Shown here in pieces: positions 19,089 to 29,253 of a stretch of 64,000 nucleotides of DNA; the first letter of the stretch is position 1; every line of letters begins with the position of its first letter. Source of the DNA: Candidatus Altiarchaeales archaeon ex4484_96 (GTDB lineage Archaea; Altiarchaeota; Altiarchaeia; IMC4; QMZM01); the NCBI GenBank assembly GCA_002254405.1, contig NJDH01000003.1, positions 5,080 through 69,079 on the forward strand, read 5' to 3'. The notes beneath the pieces are model-generated. The model was not told where the DNA came from and searched no databases. It saw only the letters and a list, made by a program, of their open reading frames with translations. Made by a program: the position numbers and the translations under genes.

Positions 19089-19523
19089 CTATAAAAGATA
19101 TCTTTCTTCGATGCCGTATTGTTTGACGAGTTTTTTGAGGTGTGCTAGATAGAGTTTTGCGAAGGTTTCAATGCTTTCGCGCATTTTTTTGTCTTCGAGT
19201 TTTTCCGGGTCGTGTAGTAATAGAATCAGCCATTGCATGTTTTCAGCCACCTTCAGGTATTTACTCCAGTTGGTTTTTTTCTCCATTCCTTCTTTGAGAA
19301 CCTCTAGTCTCACAAGTTCTTTGATGTGGTGTATTATGGTCTTGTTGGAGTAGTCAAGCGATTTAATGAGGTTTTTTTGGTATATTTTTTCTTTAACCCC
19401 TTCTTTATCGCAGAATTTTTTCAGTATCTGGATTTTTACCTCAGACCCGAAAAGAGATTGTAGGAGATTTATTCTTTCTTCTGTTTTTTTTGGTAAAAAT
19501 ACGATGCATGGGATGTGTTCCAT
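19089..19523 (-). CDS. Winged-helix (ArsR-like) transcriptional regulator
   Basis: YQKNLIKSLDYSNKTIIHHIKELVRLEVL HTH; divergent from the ECF-metE operon. Confidence 0.7.
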   Translation of the reverse strand: MEHIPCIVFLPKKTEERINLLQSLFGSEVKIQILKKFCDKEGVKEKIYQKNLIKSLDYSNKTIIHHIKELVRLEVLKEGMEKKTNWSKYLKVAENMQWLILLLHDPEKLEDKKMRESIETFAKLYLAHLKKLVKQYGIEERYLL

Positions 19524-19559
19524 TTATTATTTATTTGGTTTTAATATATAAAAGATGAA

Positions 19560-19593
19560 TGTAATAGATAACATAATAGTGTAATAAACTACA
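19560..19593. promoter_or_regulatory. Tandem candidate operators TGT-N8-ACA
   Basis: TGTAATAGATAACA (19560-19573) and TGTAATAAACTACA (19580-19593), 20 bp apart, between the TATA-like TTAATATATAAAA (19541) and the AGGTGA SD (19595). Confidence 0.55.
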
Positions 19594-19605
19594 CAGGTGA
19601 TTTTT

Positions 19606-20259
19606 ATGCCCGAGCAAAATAACAAAACACCACCAACACTGAAATTTACCATAGCCGCGGTTTTCGCAGCATTGACCCTCATTCTCTCAATAGCACCGCT
19701 TCCCTCCATAGGAGCCGGAGCAATCCTGTTCAACCTATACAAGCCCAGCGAATTATTCCTCCAGCTTGGTTTTCTAACAATGGCTTTAGGTTCCTTCACC
19801 ATAACTCTCCTAATGATTCGGCGTAAATGGATTGCCATCAGCCTGGCAGTAATACTGCAAATTCTTTTCTTTATAGCACCAGGAAACGTCTTTGTTCCAG
19901 CATGGGCTCTATGGGATAAGTTCCTGGCAATCCTATTAATCTATCCGGCCTCGGTTCTGGTGGATAAAACATTCAAATCAGAAATAAACGCTAAACTCCT
20001 ATTCCCCACAGTCCTCCTTTTGGCTTTCATAGGATTGGAGGTGGATGCTATGGCCGGTAACCTGCTTTTCGGGGTCTATGGATACGAGCTCATCGGCGTA
20101 AGCGCCGAACAGGTCGCTGGGATGTATCAGCCCTTTGCCTTCGCTGCGGCAGAAGAACGTCTGGCAGTAGCTTTAGTGTCTGCTTTTTTGACAACACCCC
20201 TAGTTTGGGCTGTGAAAGCTAACCCGCAGATTAGCTGGCTTATTGTAAGGGGAAGGTAA
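19606..20259 (+). CDS. ECF transporter substrate-specific S component
   Basis: About 217-aa multi-TM protein with IAAVFAAL in TM1, coupled to ECF ATPase and T genes; AGGTGA SD 5 nt before the ATG at 19606. Confidence 0.75.
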   Translation: MPEQNNKTPPTLKFTIAAVFAALTLILSIAPLPSIGAGAILFNLYKPSELFLQLGFLTMALGSFTITLLMIRRKWIAISLAVILQILFFIAPGNVFVPAWALWDKFLAILLIYPASVLVDKTFKSEINAKLLFPTVLLLAFIGLEVDAMAGNLLFGVYGYELIGVSAEQVAGMYQPFAFAAAEERLAVALVSAFLTTPLVWAVKANPQISWLIVRGR

Positions 20260-21674
20260 TGGCGTTAGAGGTAGATGATTTATCTTATTGTTTCTTTGGG
20301 GGTAAGCCGGTACTGAAAAACCTGAACTTCAGGATAGAGGACGGGGAGTATGTAGCACTTCTTGGACCCAACGGTTCAGGGAAAACAACCCTGGCTCTCT
20401 GTCTATGCGGGGTCATACCCCATTATTATGCGGGCTCCTTAAGCGGCCAAATTAAAATAGATGACATTGATTCAACAAAAGAAAGCCCATCTCAGGCGGC
20501 CTTTAAAGTGGGTTTTTTGTTTCAGGACTATGAATCTCAGCTTTTTCTGCAGACTCTAAGACAGGAGCTCGAATTCAGCCTCGAAAACCTGGGTCTAAAC
20601 GTAGAGCAAAACATCAAACGCCTTGATAAAATGCTTGATTTAGCTCATTTATTGGATAGAAACCTCACATCGCTTTCGGAGGGAGAGAAACAGAAGGCGG
20701 CGCTGGCATCGGTTTTGGCCCCGGACCCTGATGTATTGATTCTTGATGAGCCATCCTCCCAGCTTGATGTCCGGGCGAGAAAAAAACTCCTTAAGCTTTT
20801 AGACAAGCTTAACTCCCGTGGCAAGACCATAATACATGCAACCCATGAAACCGAATCTGTAGCCGAATGCTCACGGTTTCTCGTGTTAAAAGATGGTTGT
20901 CTGGTTGTTGATTCAACAGATAATTCCTTTTTACGTAAGGAAAAAACCGCAAGCCTGGGTGTGGAGCCCCTCAATCATTTTATTAAAGGGGATGCATCAG
21001 AAACTCTAATAAACGATAAAACTGTTTTAAGAACCCAGGATCTTGGATTTATCCGGGGGGAGATGAGTGTTTTAAGGCAGGTGGATTTAGATTTTAAGCA
21101 GGGTCAATTCACGGTCATTGGGGGCTTAAATGGTTGCGGCAAGACCACATTATTGAAGCTTTTAATCCGGTTGCTTAAGCCTCAGCAGGGGAGTATTTAT
21201 CTGAACGGCAAAGATGTTTCATCCATCAAAAGAAGTATTTTATCCTCCCGGCTTGGTTTCATTTTTCAAAACCCATCCCATCAACTGTTTAGGAACACTC
21301 TAAGAGACGAGCTAGACTATACGCTTCGGGTTCAAAACAGTATCAGGGAAGGTGCTGTTGACCAGATAATCTCCCGCTTTAAGCTTAAATCCATTGATAA
21401 AAGAAGCCCTCAGTCTCTTTCCGTGGGCGAAAAACAAAAAACCGCCTTAGCCAGCGTCCTGGTATCTGACCCGGATGTGTTGCTTTTAGATGAACCCTTA
21501 ACCTGCCTTGATTATGAGGCTAAAATAAACCTCCTAGATTACCTTAAAAGGCTTAAGGGGGAAGGCAAGACCATAATAGTAGCATCACATCACAGCAGAT
21601 ACTACATTAACCTGGCCGACAGGCTTATCCAACTAAAAGATGGGGCTATCATCGTAAATGAAGGAATTAATTGA
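20259..21674 (+). CDS. ECF transporter duplicated ATPase (A-A' fusion)
   Basis: Two Walker A motifs (GPNGSGKT, GLNGCGKT), two LSxGEKQK signatures, two LDEP. Confidence 0.92.
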   Translation: MALEVDDLSYCFFGGKPVLKNLNFRIEDGEYVALLGPNGSGKTTLALCLCGVIPHYYAGSLSGQIKIDDIDSTKESPSQAAFKVGFLFQDYESQLFLQTLRQELEFSLENLGLNVEQNIKRLDKMLDLAHLLDRNLTSLSEGEKQKAALASVLAPDPDVLILDEPSSQLDVRARKKLLKLLDKLNSRGKTIIHATHETESVAECSRFLVLKDGCLVVDSTDNSFLRKEKTASLGVEPLNHFIKGDASETLINDKTVLRTQDLGFIRGEMSVLRQVDLDFKQGQFTVIGGLNGCGKTTLLKLLIRLLKPQQGSIYLNGKDVSSIKRSILSSRLGFIFQNPSHQLFRNTLRDELDYTLRVQNSIREGAVDQIISRFKLKSIDKRSPQSLSVGEKQKTALASVLVSDPDVLLLDEPLTCLDYEAKINLLDYLKRLKGEGKTIIVASHHSRYYINLADRLIQLKDGAIIVNEGIN

Positions 21675-22365
21675 ATACATTGAAGGCAAAGGCCCCCTTT
21701 ATAACCTAAACCCTTTAACTAAATTATTTCTGGTTCTGATTTTTTGGGTTATCGCCTTTTATTCAGGATTTCATATCCTGACACTTATGACATTATTTCT
21801 TTTTATTCTGGCTTTTTGCTCTGGGATGGGAGACCGTTTTATGAAACAAGCCAGTATTTTTTCTTTATATGTGATTCCCTTTATATTCGCTTTGCATGTT
21901 TTTTTCCCTGAAAGCTATGGAACCCAGTATCCTCCCTTGTTCCCCTTCGAGTTTAATCCATCCTTTGAAAAAATTTATTCGGCTGCAAACGCGAGTCTGA
22001 GGCTTTACGTGCTTTTTTGCTCTTCCCTGGTTTTTGTTTCCACCACCAATCCGCTCACTCTTCTCAGGGTTATCTCCTCCAAGCGCTTTTTTGGTTTATG
22101 TATCCCCTATGGGGTGGTTTTTTTCCTGTTGTTCGTGAACCGCAGCATTTATCTGATACTATATGATTTAGAGCAGATACTGGATGCCCAGAAGGCAAGG
22201 GGGTTTTCCCTCAAGGAGGCTTCCTGGCGCAATAAAATATCAGGCTACGCCTCTCTTCTAGTTCCTCTATTGACCTTGGCCTTGGAGCGTGCTCAAAGAC
22301 AGGCTGTGGCCCTGGACCTTAAGGGATTTCGTGTAAGAAGTGAGCGCGGTAATATAAAAACATAA
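21658..22365 (+). CDS. ecfT: ECF transporter T component
   Basis: LNPLTKL, AQKARG, ALDLKGF. Confidence 0.9.
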   Translation: MKELIEYIEGKGPLYNLNPLTKLFLVLIFWVIAFYSGFHILTLMTLFLFILAFCSGMGDRFMKQASIFSLYVIPFIFALHVFFPESYGTQYPPLFPFEFNPSFEKIYSAANASLRLYVLFCSSLVFVSTTNPLTLLRVISSKRFFGLCIPYGVVFFLLFVNRSIYLILYDLEQILDAQKARGFSLKEASWRNKISGYASLLVPLLTLALERAQRQAVALDLKGFRVRSERGNIKT

Positions 22366-22393
22366 TCCTAATCTCTTAGACCTAAAAAATAAA

Positions 22394-23353
22394 ATGGAAT
22401 TTGTTACTTCGATGGCGGGAAGCTATCCTCGCCCTGACTGGTTTAAGCTTCATCTAAAAAAACAGGAGGGTTCGCAGAAGGGGGTGGCAGGTTTAATCGA
22501 CGACCGGTATGTGAAGGCCTTAAAGCAGGTGTTGGATGAGCAGGATAAGGCGCAAATCCAGCTTAAAACCGACGGCCAGCTCCTATGGCATAACATGTTA
22601 TGTCATCTTTGCTATAAGATTGAGGGTTTTGCACCCGGCGGCCTAATCAGGTTTTATGACAACAACATGTATTATCAAAAACCAAGGGTTGAGTCCGAGC
22701 TTAAACGAAAAAATTCAATTATATTAAGCGAATACCTGAAAGCCAGGGAATCAGGCCATGATATCAAACCTGTTTTATCCTGTTATACTCTGACTAAATT
22801 ATCCTCAAACAGTTTTTATTCCTCTGATGATGATTTTCTTCAGGCTTTAGCCTCTGTTTTAAACCAGGAAGCCAGGGATTTAGCGGATGCTGGAGCCCGG
22901 GTGATTCAGGTGGACGAGCCGGCGCTTTTATCTGCGGATAAAGAAGGTCTTGAGATAGCAAAAAAAGCCTTTGAGGTTTTGGTTAAAGATGTTGACGCCT
23001 CCTTCGTATTATCCACCTATTATGCGGATGCTTCGAAGGCATTCGCTGAGCTTCTTGAGTTTCCGGTTCAGGGTATTGGCCTTGATTTCGTAGAAGGTAA
23101 AGACATTAACCTTAAACTAATAAAGGAGCATGGATTGGATTTGGATTTACAGGCGGGGGTGGTGGATGCCAGGACAACAAGAATGGAGGACCCGGCAAAT
23201 GTCTCTAAACTCGTTTCTGAAATAACCAAAGCAGTTGATTCAGATAGATTATATGTTTGCCCTAATATGGGATTAGAGTATCTGCCTTATGTGAAGGCGG
23301 CTCAGAAGCTGAGTGTTTTATCTGATTCGATAAGGGGGGGTGTGCTGAGATGA
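22394..23353 (+). CDS. Split cobalamin-independent methionine synthase, N-terminal-barrel-like half
   Basis: GSYPRP, TDGQ, RFYDNNMYY, IQVDEP, GVVDAR; lacks the Zn ligands. Confidence 0.85.
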   Translation: MEFVTSMAGSYPRPDWFKLHLKKQEGSQKGVAGLIDDRYVKALKQVLDEQDKAQIQLKTDGQLLWHNMLCHLCYKIEGFAPGGLIRFYDNNMYYQKPRVESELKRKNSIILSEYLKARESGHDIKPVLSCYTLTKLSSNSFYSSDDDFLQALASVLNQEARDLADAGARVIQVDEPALLSADKEGLEIAKKAFEVLVKDVDASFVLSTYYADASKAFAELLEFPVQGIGLDFVEGKDINLKLIKEHGLDLDLQAGVVDARTTRMEDPANVSKLVSEITKAVDSDRLYVCPNMGLEYLPYVKAAQKLSVLSDSIRGGVLR

Positions 23354-24318
23354 AAAATAAGTTGCTGCCTACGACGGTTGTTGGAAGTCATCCGAAGCCT
23401 AAGTGGCTTAATCACCTGATAGTTGAATTTGAGCAGGGTAACCTTGATAAGGGAGTCATGGAGAGTGCATTCAATGATTCGGTCAGGGCGGTGGTCAAGG
23501 TTCAGGAGCTCGCTGGATTGGATATCTTCTGGGACGGGGAGATGAGAAGAGAAGAAATGACCTCTTATTTCGCGGAAAACATTGATGGTTTCACGGTATA
23601 TGGTCCTGTGAGGGTTTGGGGCAACAATTACTATAAAAAACCGGCGATAACCGGTGAGCTCAGATACCGGGACGAATTTAGTTTATCAGATTATCGCTTC
23701 CTATCCAGCTTAACAGACCGCGGGATTAAGGTGCCTTTAACAGGCCCTTATACGATAGTTGATTGGAGTTTCAATGAACACTATAATACTAAAGAGGATG
23801 CTGTTTATGCTCTAGCCGAGGTCATAAACGAGGAGCTTAAGGCTCTTGTTGCGGCCGGAGCGGATTTTATCCAGATAGATGATCCTGCGATATCCACCCA
23901 CGTAGACGAGCTTGAGGTAGCGAAAAAATCGGTTGAAATCGCAACAAAAGGGGTTAAAGCCTATATTGGCCTGCACATCTGCTATGGGGATTACTCTAAA
24001 CTGTATCCGCAGGTTCTTGATTTCCCGGTGGATCAGCTGGATTTCGAGCTGGCGAACAAAAACTTCGAGGACATTAAAATCTTCAGGGAGCATGATTTCA
24101 CAAAAGACATCGGGTTCGGATGCGTTGATGTTCATACTAAACGGGTTGAGTCTGTGGCTGAAATAAAAGAGAACATCACCAAATCCTTTGAGATGGTCGA
24201 ACCCAAGCAGGTTTACGTGGACCCGGATTGTGGTGTTAAGCTTTTAAGCCCGCAGAAAGCCTTCGAGAAACTAAAAAACATGTGTGATGCGGCGGAGGAA
24301 CTTAGAGAGGAATTGTAG
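23350..24318 (+). CDS. metE: Methionine synthase catalytic (MetE C-terminal) half
   Basis: PTTVVGS.P, DGEMRR, TGPYT; Zn ligands HIC, FE and PDCG. Confidence 0.92.
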   Translation: MKNKLLPTTVVGSHPKPKWLNHLIVEFEQGNLDKGVMESAFNDSVRAVVKVQELAGLDIFWDGEMRREEMTSYFAENIDGFTVYGPVRVWGNNYYKKPAITGELRYRDEFSLSDYRFLSSLTDRGIKVPLTGPYTIVDWSFNEHYNTKEDAVYALAEVINEELKALVAAGADFIQIDDPAISTHVDELEVAKKSVEIATKGVKAYIGLHICYGDYSKLYPQVLDFPVDQLDFELANKNFEDIKIFREHDFTKDIGFGCVDVHTKRVESVAEIKENITKSFEMVEPKQVYVDPDCGVKLLSPQKAFEKLKNMCDAAEELREEL

Positions 24319-24320
24319 AT

Positions 24321-25160
24321 TTACTCCCAGCTCATCCATTTATTATATAATGTTTCTCTAGTCAAAAGAGCCTTTGTTTTATCGAATTCCATCACATCCG
24401 CTCCTTTTCGAAGCTCTTTGATGGTTGGTATGTATATCCTGGTTTTTGGGTTCTTGAATGGGCACACGGGATAGTTGGGGTGTTGTTTGCCTGATCTCAC
24501 TCCTGTGACGTTGTTCTCCGGGCAGCAGCCTCTCATGTATCCCCTGCACCCGATTAGGTCATCTACTTCGGGTATAGACTCCTTAAGCTTAAAGTAGAGT
24601 TGAGCTGCTATGCACCTGAGCTCAGGGGAGGAGCGAACGCACAACCGCAGCGACAGCATGTTGATAAGAGAGCGCAGGTTCATGCTAACGTGATACACCC
24701 CCACGGCTTGAGCGAAAGATAAAACATATCTGGCTACTTCTCTTGGCACCTGCTCATCCAGCAGCGTCCTATATGTTTCAATCGAATTACTTATGCTGTC
24801 CGTTAATTTTTTCCCATCATCAATCAGGTGTAGTGGTATTATCACCTCGTATGCTTGCTCTTTTTTATCGACACCCTCGCTTACCTCAACGTATCTGGTA
24901 GAATACCCGCTGTGGCTTGCCATACGGTGCTCGAGAAACTCTGGTGCGTTGCCTTTGGACATCTTGATATCGTATTTGACGATGATGTGTTCTAGGGCGG
25001 AGCTGTAGTCGTTTTCTATCATCATACGAAAGCAGTCTTTGTCTTTGACCTGGGGGGGCACGCCGCTCATTCTCGCAGAATAAACAACCTCCCGCCAGGC
25101 CTCATCACCCTTAACAAGCTCAAAATTCCATACCCGCGGCTTAACGACCTTGATTTTCAT
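24321..25160 (-). CDS. thyX: FAD-dependent thymidylate synthase (divergent motif)
   Basis: SALEH, EHRMASHSGYSTRY, PREVARYVL, MNLRSL...LRL. Confidence 0.85.
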   Translation of the reverse strand: MKIKVVKPRVWNFELVKGDEAWREVVYSARMSGVPPQVKDKDCFRMMIENDYSSALEHIIVKYDIKMSKGNAPEFLEHRMASHSGYSTRYVEVSEGVDKKEQAYEVIIPLHLIDDGKKLTDSISNSIETYRTLLDEQVPREVARYVLSFAQAVGVYHVSMNLRSLINMLSLRLCVRSSPELRCIAAQLYFKLKESIPEVDDLIGCRGYMRGCCPENNVTGVRSGKQHPNYPVCPFKNPKTRIYIPTIKELRKGADVMEFDKTKALLTRETLYNKWMSWE

Positions 25161-28100
25161 CTATTTTCCTCGACTGCTATATTAACCTTGTTTTTCTCGA
25201 TAACCCACTCTTTAACGAAACCCGCTTTCTTCCCGTAAGACAGCCTGCTTCTTGTTTCTTTTTCAATATAATCCTTGTTTTCAGTGAGATGTTTACTGAA
25301 TTTACTATCGCATTCTATTGCCACATTAACCTTAGCCGTCTCCTCTAAATCCAGTTCTTTTCTCATCTCCTGTATCCTTCTTATCGTTTCTCTTGCCATA
25401 GCCTCAGAGTACAGCCCCTCATCAAGTTTAGAGTCTATGTATACTACTCCCCCGCTGTATTCCTTAGCCACCAGCTCTTCGCTTATCCTGGACTCAAATA
25501 TCAGGTCTTCTCTACTCAACTCAAACCCGTTAATCACGTATTTATTCTTTTCATTTATCGCTTTTTTAATTTCATCTGCATTCGTTTTCTCAAGCCCCTT
25601 CTTTAATTTACTCATATTCCCTTTGAGTTTAGGGCCTAATACTGCGTAGTTTAACTTGACAAAGGTTTTGGTTTCAACCTCTTTGATTTTTAGCTCTTTT
25701 GCGTTGCTCATCTTCAGGATAAGCTGCTCGAATTTATCCAGATCCCATGCTTGCTTGGGGGCTACCATAACCCTTCTAATAGGCCACCTGAGCTTTATCT
25801 GCGAATCCTGCCTTGCGGATATCACAGCCTCTATTATCTGCTGGGCGACCTGCATTTTTTCCTCCAACTCAGGATAAATAGCTGATTTATCCGCACGGGG
25901 CCAGGATGTGAGGTGAACGCTTTTTTCTTTGCTTAAATCCAGAATTATTTTTTCTGTGATATGCGGGGCTATGGGAGCCATAAGCTTGCATAAGCCGACT
26001 AAAACATGATATAGTGTGTGATATACTGCCATCTTTCTTGGGTCTTCGCCTTCAATCCATACCCTGTCTCTTATGTTTTTCACATAAAAACGACTTAACT
26101 CCAGAATAAATGACTGTATCCTCCTGCAGACCTCGAATAGATGAAGGTTCTCATAATCTTGTGTTACTTCCTCTATTAGAGTATTGTATCTTGACAGTAT
26201 GTAGTTGTCTTCTAGGCTGAATTCAAGCCTGTATTCTTTATCATTACTGTATTCATCTAGTTTCATGTATGTCTGGCTGAAGCTGTGGACATTATAGAGT
26301 ATGTGCATTAACCGGTTTATTATTTTCAGGTTATCGTATGAGAACCTGAGATCCTCCCATGGGACTGAAGCCCATAGCATATAGTATCTCATGACATCTG
26401 CCCCGTATTTGTCTGTTACCTCAAAGGGGTCGATTACGTTTCCAAGTGATTTGCTCATTTTTCTGCCTTCCTCATCCAACGTGAAACCATGATATAATAC
26501 CCTCTTATAGGCTTTCTCGTCGAATGCTATTATCGAGGAAACCAGAAGCGAATAAAACCATCCTCTGGTCTGGTCGCTTCCCTCTGTTATGAAATCCGCG
26601 GGAAAATATTGCTCGAATTTGTCTTTTCTGTGGGGGTACTCCAGGTTAGCCCATGAGGCGCATCCTGAGTCAAGCCATACATCCAGTACATCTGGGACCC
26701 TGCTCATTTCTTTACCGCAGACGCATTTAAGCTTAATCTCATCTATTGAAGGCCGGTGTAGGTCTATGTTATCTGGCTCTATTTTCGTTGTAGCCTCCTT
26801 TTGCAGTTCACTTAGGCTTCCTATAACCTTTATTTCACCGCAGCTGCAGCGCCAGACGGGCAGCGGGGTATTCCAGTATCTTTGCCTGGAGATGCACCAG
26901 TCTCTTGCGTTAGCAAGCCAGTTTTTGAATCTCCCCGAGCCTATCCATTCAGGAACCCAATCTATTTCCTTGTTTTTTTCCAACAGAGTATCCCTTATTT
27001 CTGATACCGCCAGAAACCATTGCTTGGTTGCTCTCAGAAGCAGCGGCTCTTTGCAGCGCCAGCAGTGGGGGTATGAGTGGCTTATGCTGCCGGCGTATAG
27101 TATCTTATCCTGTTTTTTCAGCTGCTCTATTATTGTGTTGTTTGCGTTTCTTATGTATGTTCCCTTATATGGTTTGATTGTGAAACATCCTGCTTCGTCG
27201 ACAGGAGAGAGCATCATCAGATTATTTTTTTTGCCCAGCTCATAGTCTTCCACTCCATGCCCGGGGGCTATGTGCACGCAGCCTGTTCCTTCCTCCAGGT
27301 TCACATGCTGCTCATCCACAACAATCTTTCGTCTCACACCCTGCTGTATTTCGAGCTCAAGCATAGGCTCATATTCTTTATCTGTAAGCTTTAATCCCGG
27401 AAATTCATCGGTTATCCGGTAGTCTTGCTCCGGGAAAATGATTTCACTTATTTCTTTAAGTCTTTTTTTTGCAAGAATATACTCAACTCCCTTGTATTCG
27501 ACTTTAACGTATTCGTGTTTTGGGTGCACTGCTATCGCTGTGTTGGAGGGCAGGGTCCATGGTGTTGTGGTCCATATCAAGATAAATGTGTCTTCGTCTT
27601 TTAGCCTGGCTTTGACGTAAATCGAGTGGTCGGTTACGTCCCTGTATTCGTCTCGCACCTCGTATCCGGCCATTGCGGTCTCGCATCTTGGGCACCAGTG
27701 TATTACCTGCTTGTCTTCGTAGAGCAGTTTTTTTTCATGGGCTTTTTTTATTAGAAACCAAACCCCCTCCATGTATCTGCTGTCTATGGTCATATATGGG
27801 TCATCCCAGTTAAGCCACGCCCCCAATCTTATGAGCTGAGAACTCATGTTGTTCATGTTTTGGAGGGCGAATTTTTTGCATTCTGTGATGAAGTTTTCGA
27901 TACCGTATTCCTCTATCTCTTTTTTGCTTCTGCTTTTCAGCACCTCCTCCTCTACTTTAACCTCGATTGGCAGGCCGTGCATGTCCCAACCGGCTCTCCG
28001 ATAGACATCAAATCCCTGCATGGTCTTGTATCTTATGACCGCGTCTTTAATGGCGTGATTCCAGGCATGCCCTATGTGGGCTGTTCCGGAGGTGAAAGGC

Positions 28101-28228
28101 GGCCCCTGGCAGAAGTAGTATTTTTCTCTACCCTGATTTAACTCGCATACACTTCGGATTATGCTTTTCTCATCCCAGTATTTTTGTATATCCTCCTCGA
28201 GTTCGGGGAGATTCAGTCTCTTACTCAT
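25157..28228 (-). CDS. ileS: Isoleucyl-tRNA synthetase
   Basis: GPPF, HIGH, GWDMHGLP, WTTTPWT, DWCISRQRYW, DQTRGWF, KMSKS. Confidence 0.97.
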   Translation of the reverse strand: MSKRLNLPELEEDIQKYWDEKSIIRSVCELNQGREKYYFCQGPPFTSGTAHIGHAWNHAIKDAVIRYKTMQGFDVYRRAGWDMHGLPIEVKVEEEVLKSRSKKEIEEYGIENFITECKKFALQNMNNMSSQLIRLGAWLNWDDPYMTIDSRYMEGVWFLIKKAHEKKLLYEDKQVIHWCPRCETAMAGYEVRDEYRDVTDHSIYVKARLKDEDTFILIWTTTPWTLPSNTAIAVHPKHEYVKVEYKGVEYILAKKRLKEISEIIFPEQDYRITDEFPGLKLTDKEYEPMLELEIQQGVRRKIVVDEQHVNLEEGTGCVHIAPGHGVEDYELGKKNNLMMLSPVDEAGCFTIKPYKGTYIRNANNTIIEQLKKQDKILYAGSISHSYPHCWRCKEPLLLRATKQWFLAVSEIRDTLLEKNKEIDWVPEWIGSGRFKNWLANARDWCISRQRYWNTPLPVWRCSCGEIKVIGSLSELQKEATTKIEPDNIDLHRPSIDEIKLKCVCGKEMSRVPDVLDVWLDSGCASWANLEYPHRKDKFEQYFPADFITEGSDQTRGWFYSLLVSSIIAFDEKAYKRVLYHGFTLDEEGRKMSKSLGNVIDPFEVTDKYGADVMRYYMLWASVPWEDLRFSYDNLKIINRLMHILYNVHSFSQTYMKLDEYSNDKEYRLEFSLEDNYILSRYNTLIEEVTQDYENLHLFEVCRRIQSFILELSRFYVKNIRDRVWIEGEDPRKMAVYHTLYHVLVGLCKLMAPIAPHITEKIILDLSKEKSVHLTSWPRADKSAIYPELEEKMQVAQQIIEAVISARQDSQIKLRWPIRRVMVAPKQAWDLDKFEQLILKMSNAKELKIKEVETKTFVKLNYAVLGPKLKGNMSKLKKGLEKTNADEIKKAINEKNKYVINGFELSREDLIFESRISEELVAKEYSGGVVYIDSKLDEGLYSEAMARETIRRIQEMRKELDLEETAKVNVAIECDSKFSKHLTENKDYIEKETRSRLSYGKKAGFVKEWVIEKNKVNIAVEENR

Positions 28229-28299
28229 TGTCTTAATGATTAGAGTATGGCATTAAATTTCAACCCCTTAATTAATGCTGCCTCCATATATTTGATGTT

Positions 28300-29253
28300 A
28301 TGGAGCAGCCGTGGACCGAGAAATATCGGCCGAACAGACTTGATGAGATGGTGGGGCAAACAGCTCTTGTAGACCGATTTAAGGCGTATGTTAAGGCGAA
28401 CTCTATGCCTCATCTTTTATTCGCCGGCCCTGCGGGCTCTGGTAAGACGACTGCTGCACTCTGCATCACCCGTGAGTTGTTTGGGGGGATAAAAGGCAAT
28501 TTTCTGGAGCTCAATGCCTCGGATGAGAGAGGGATTGATGTTGTCCGCACGAAAATAAAGGATTTCGCGAGAACCCGCTCTATTTCCGGGGAATTCAAGA
28601 TTATCTTCCTTGATGAGGCTGATGCGCTAACCCCTGACGCCCAGAACGCTTTACGCCGGACTATGGAGAATTATGCCCGCACCTGTCGTTTTATTTTATC
28701 CTGTAATTATAGCAGCAAAATAATCGACCCCATCCAGTCGAGGTGTTCTGTTTTTCGTTTCCGTGGTTTATCTGATGATGCTATCAGAGCCCGCCTGAAG
28801 TATATTCTTGGGGAGGAGGGTGTTAGCTTCGATGATAGCGGCTTGGATGCTTTGGTTTATCTCTCTGAGGGGGATATGAGGCGTGCTGTTAATCTAGTGC
28901 AGTCGGCTGCTGCTTTAGGTGAGGTGGTGGAGGATAATGTTTACGCTATTTCTTCGCGGGCGAGGCCCGAGGATATCAAGCAGTTGCTGGTTGTTTCTTT
29001 GGGTGGGGATTTTTTGGAGGCCCGTAAACTGGTTGATAAGTTGATTATCGATTATGGTATGTCTGGTGAGGATGTTGTTGTGCAGTTGAGCAGGGAGGTT
29101 ATGGGGCTTGATGTAGGTGATGAGCTGAAGATTCGTATCGTGGATTTGGTTGGTGAGGCTAATTATGCTCTTGTGGAGGGGGCTAATGAGCGCATCCAGC
29201 TTGAGGCGTTGATTGCACGTCTTATGTTACTGAAGAAGGCGGTTTCAGATTAG
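28300..29253 (+). CDS. rfcS: Replication factor C small subunit
   Basis: PWTEKYRP, GPAGSGKT, ELNASDERG, LDEAD, IQSRC. Confidence 0.97.
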   Translation: MEQPWTEKYRPNRLDEMVGQTALVDRFKAYVKANSMPHLLFAGPAGSGKTTAALCITRELFGGIKGNFLELNASDERGIDVVRTKIKDFARTRSISGEFKIIFLDEADALTPDAQNALRRTMENYARTCRFILSCNYSSKIIDPIQSRCSVFRFRGLSDDAIRARLKYILGEEGVSFDDSGLDALVYLSEGDMRRAVNLVQSAAALGEVVEDNVYAISSRARPEDIKQLLVVSLGGDFLEARKLVDKLIIDYGMSGEDVVVQLSREVMGLDVGDELKIRIVDLVGEANYALVEGANERIQLEALIARLMLLKKAVSD

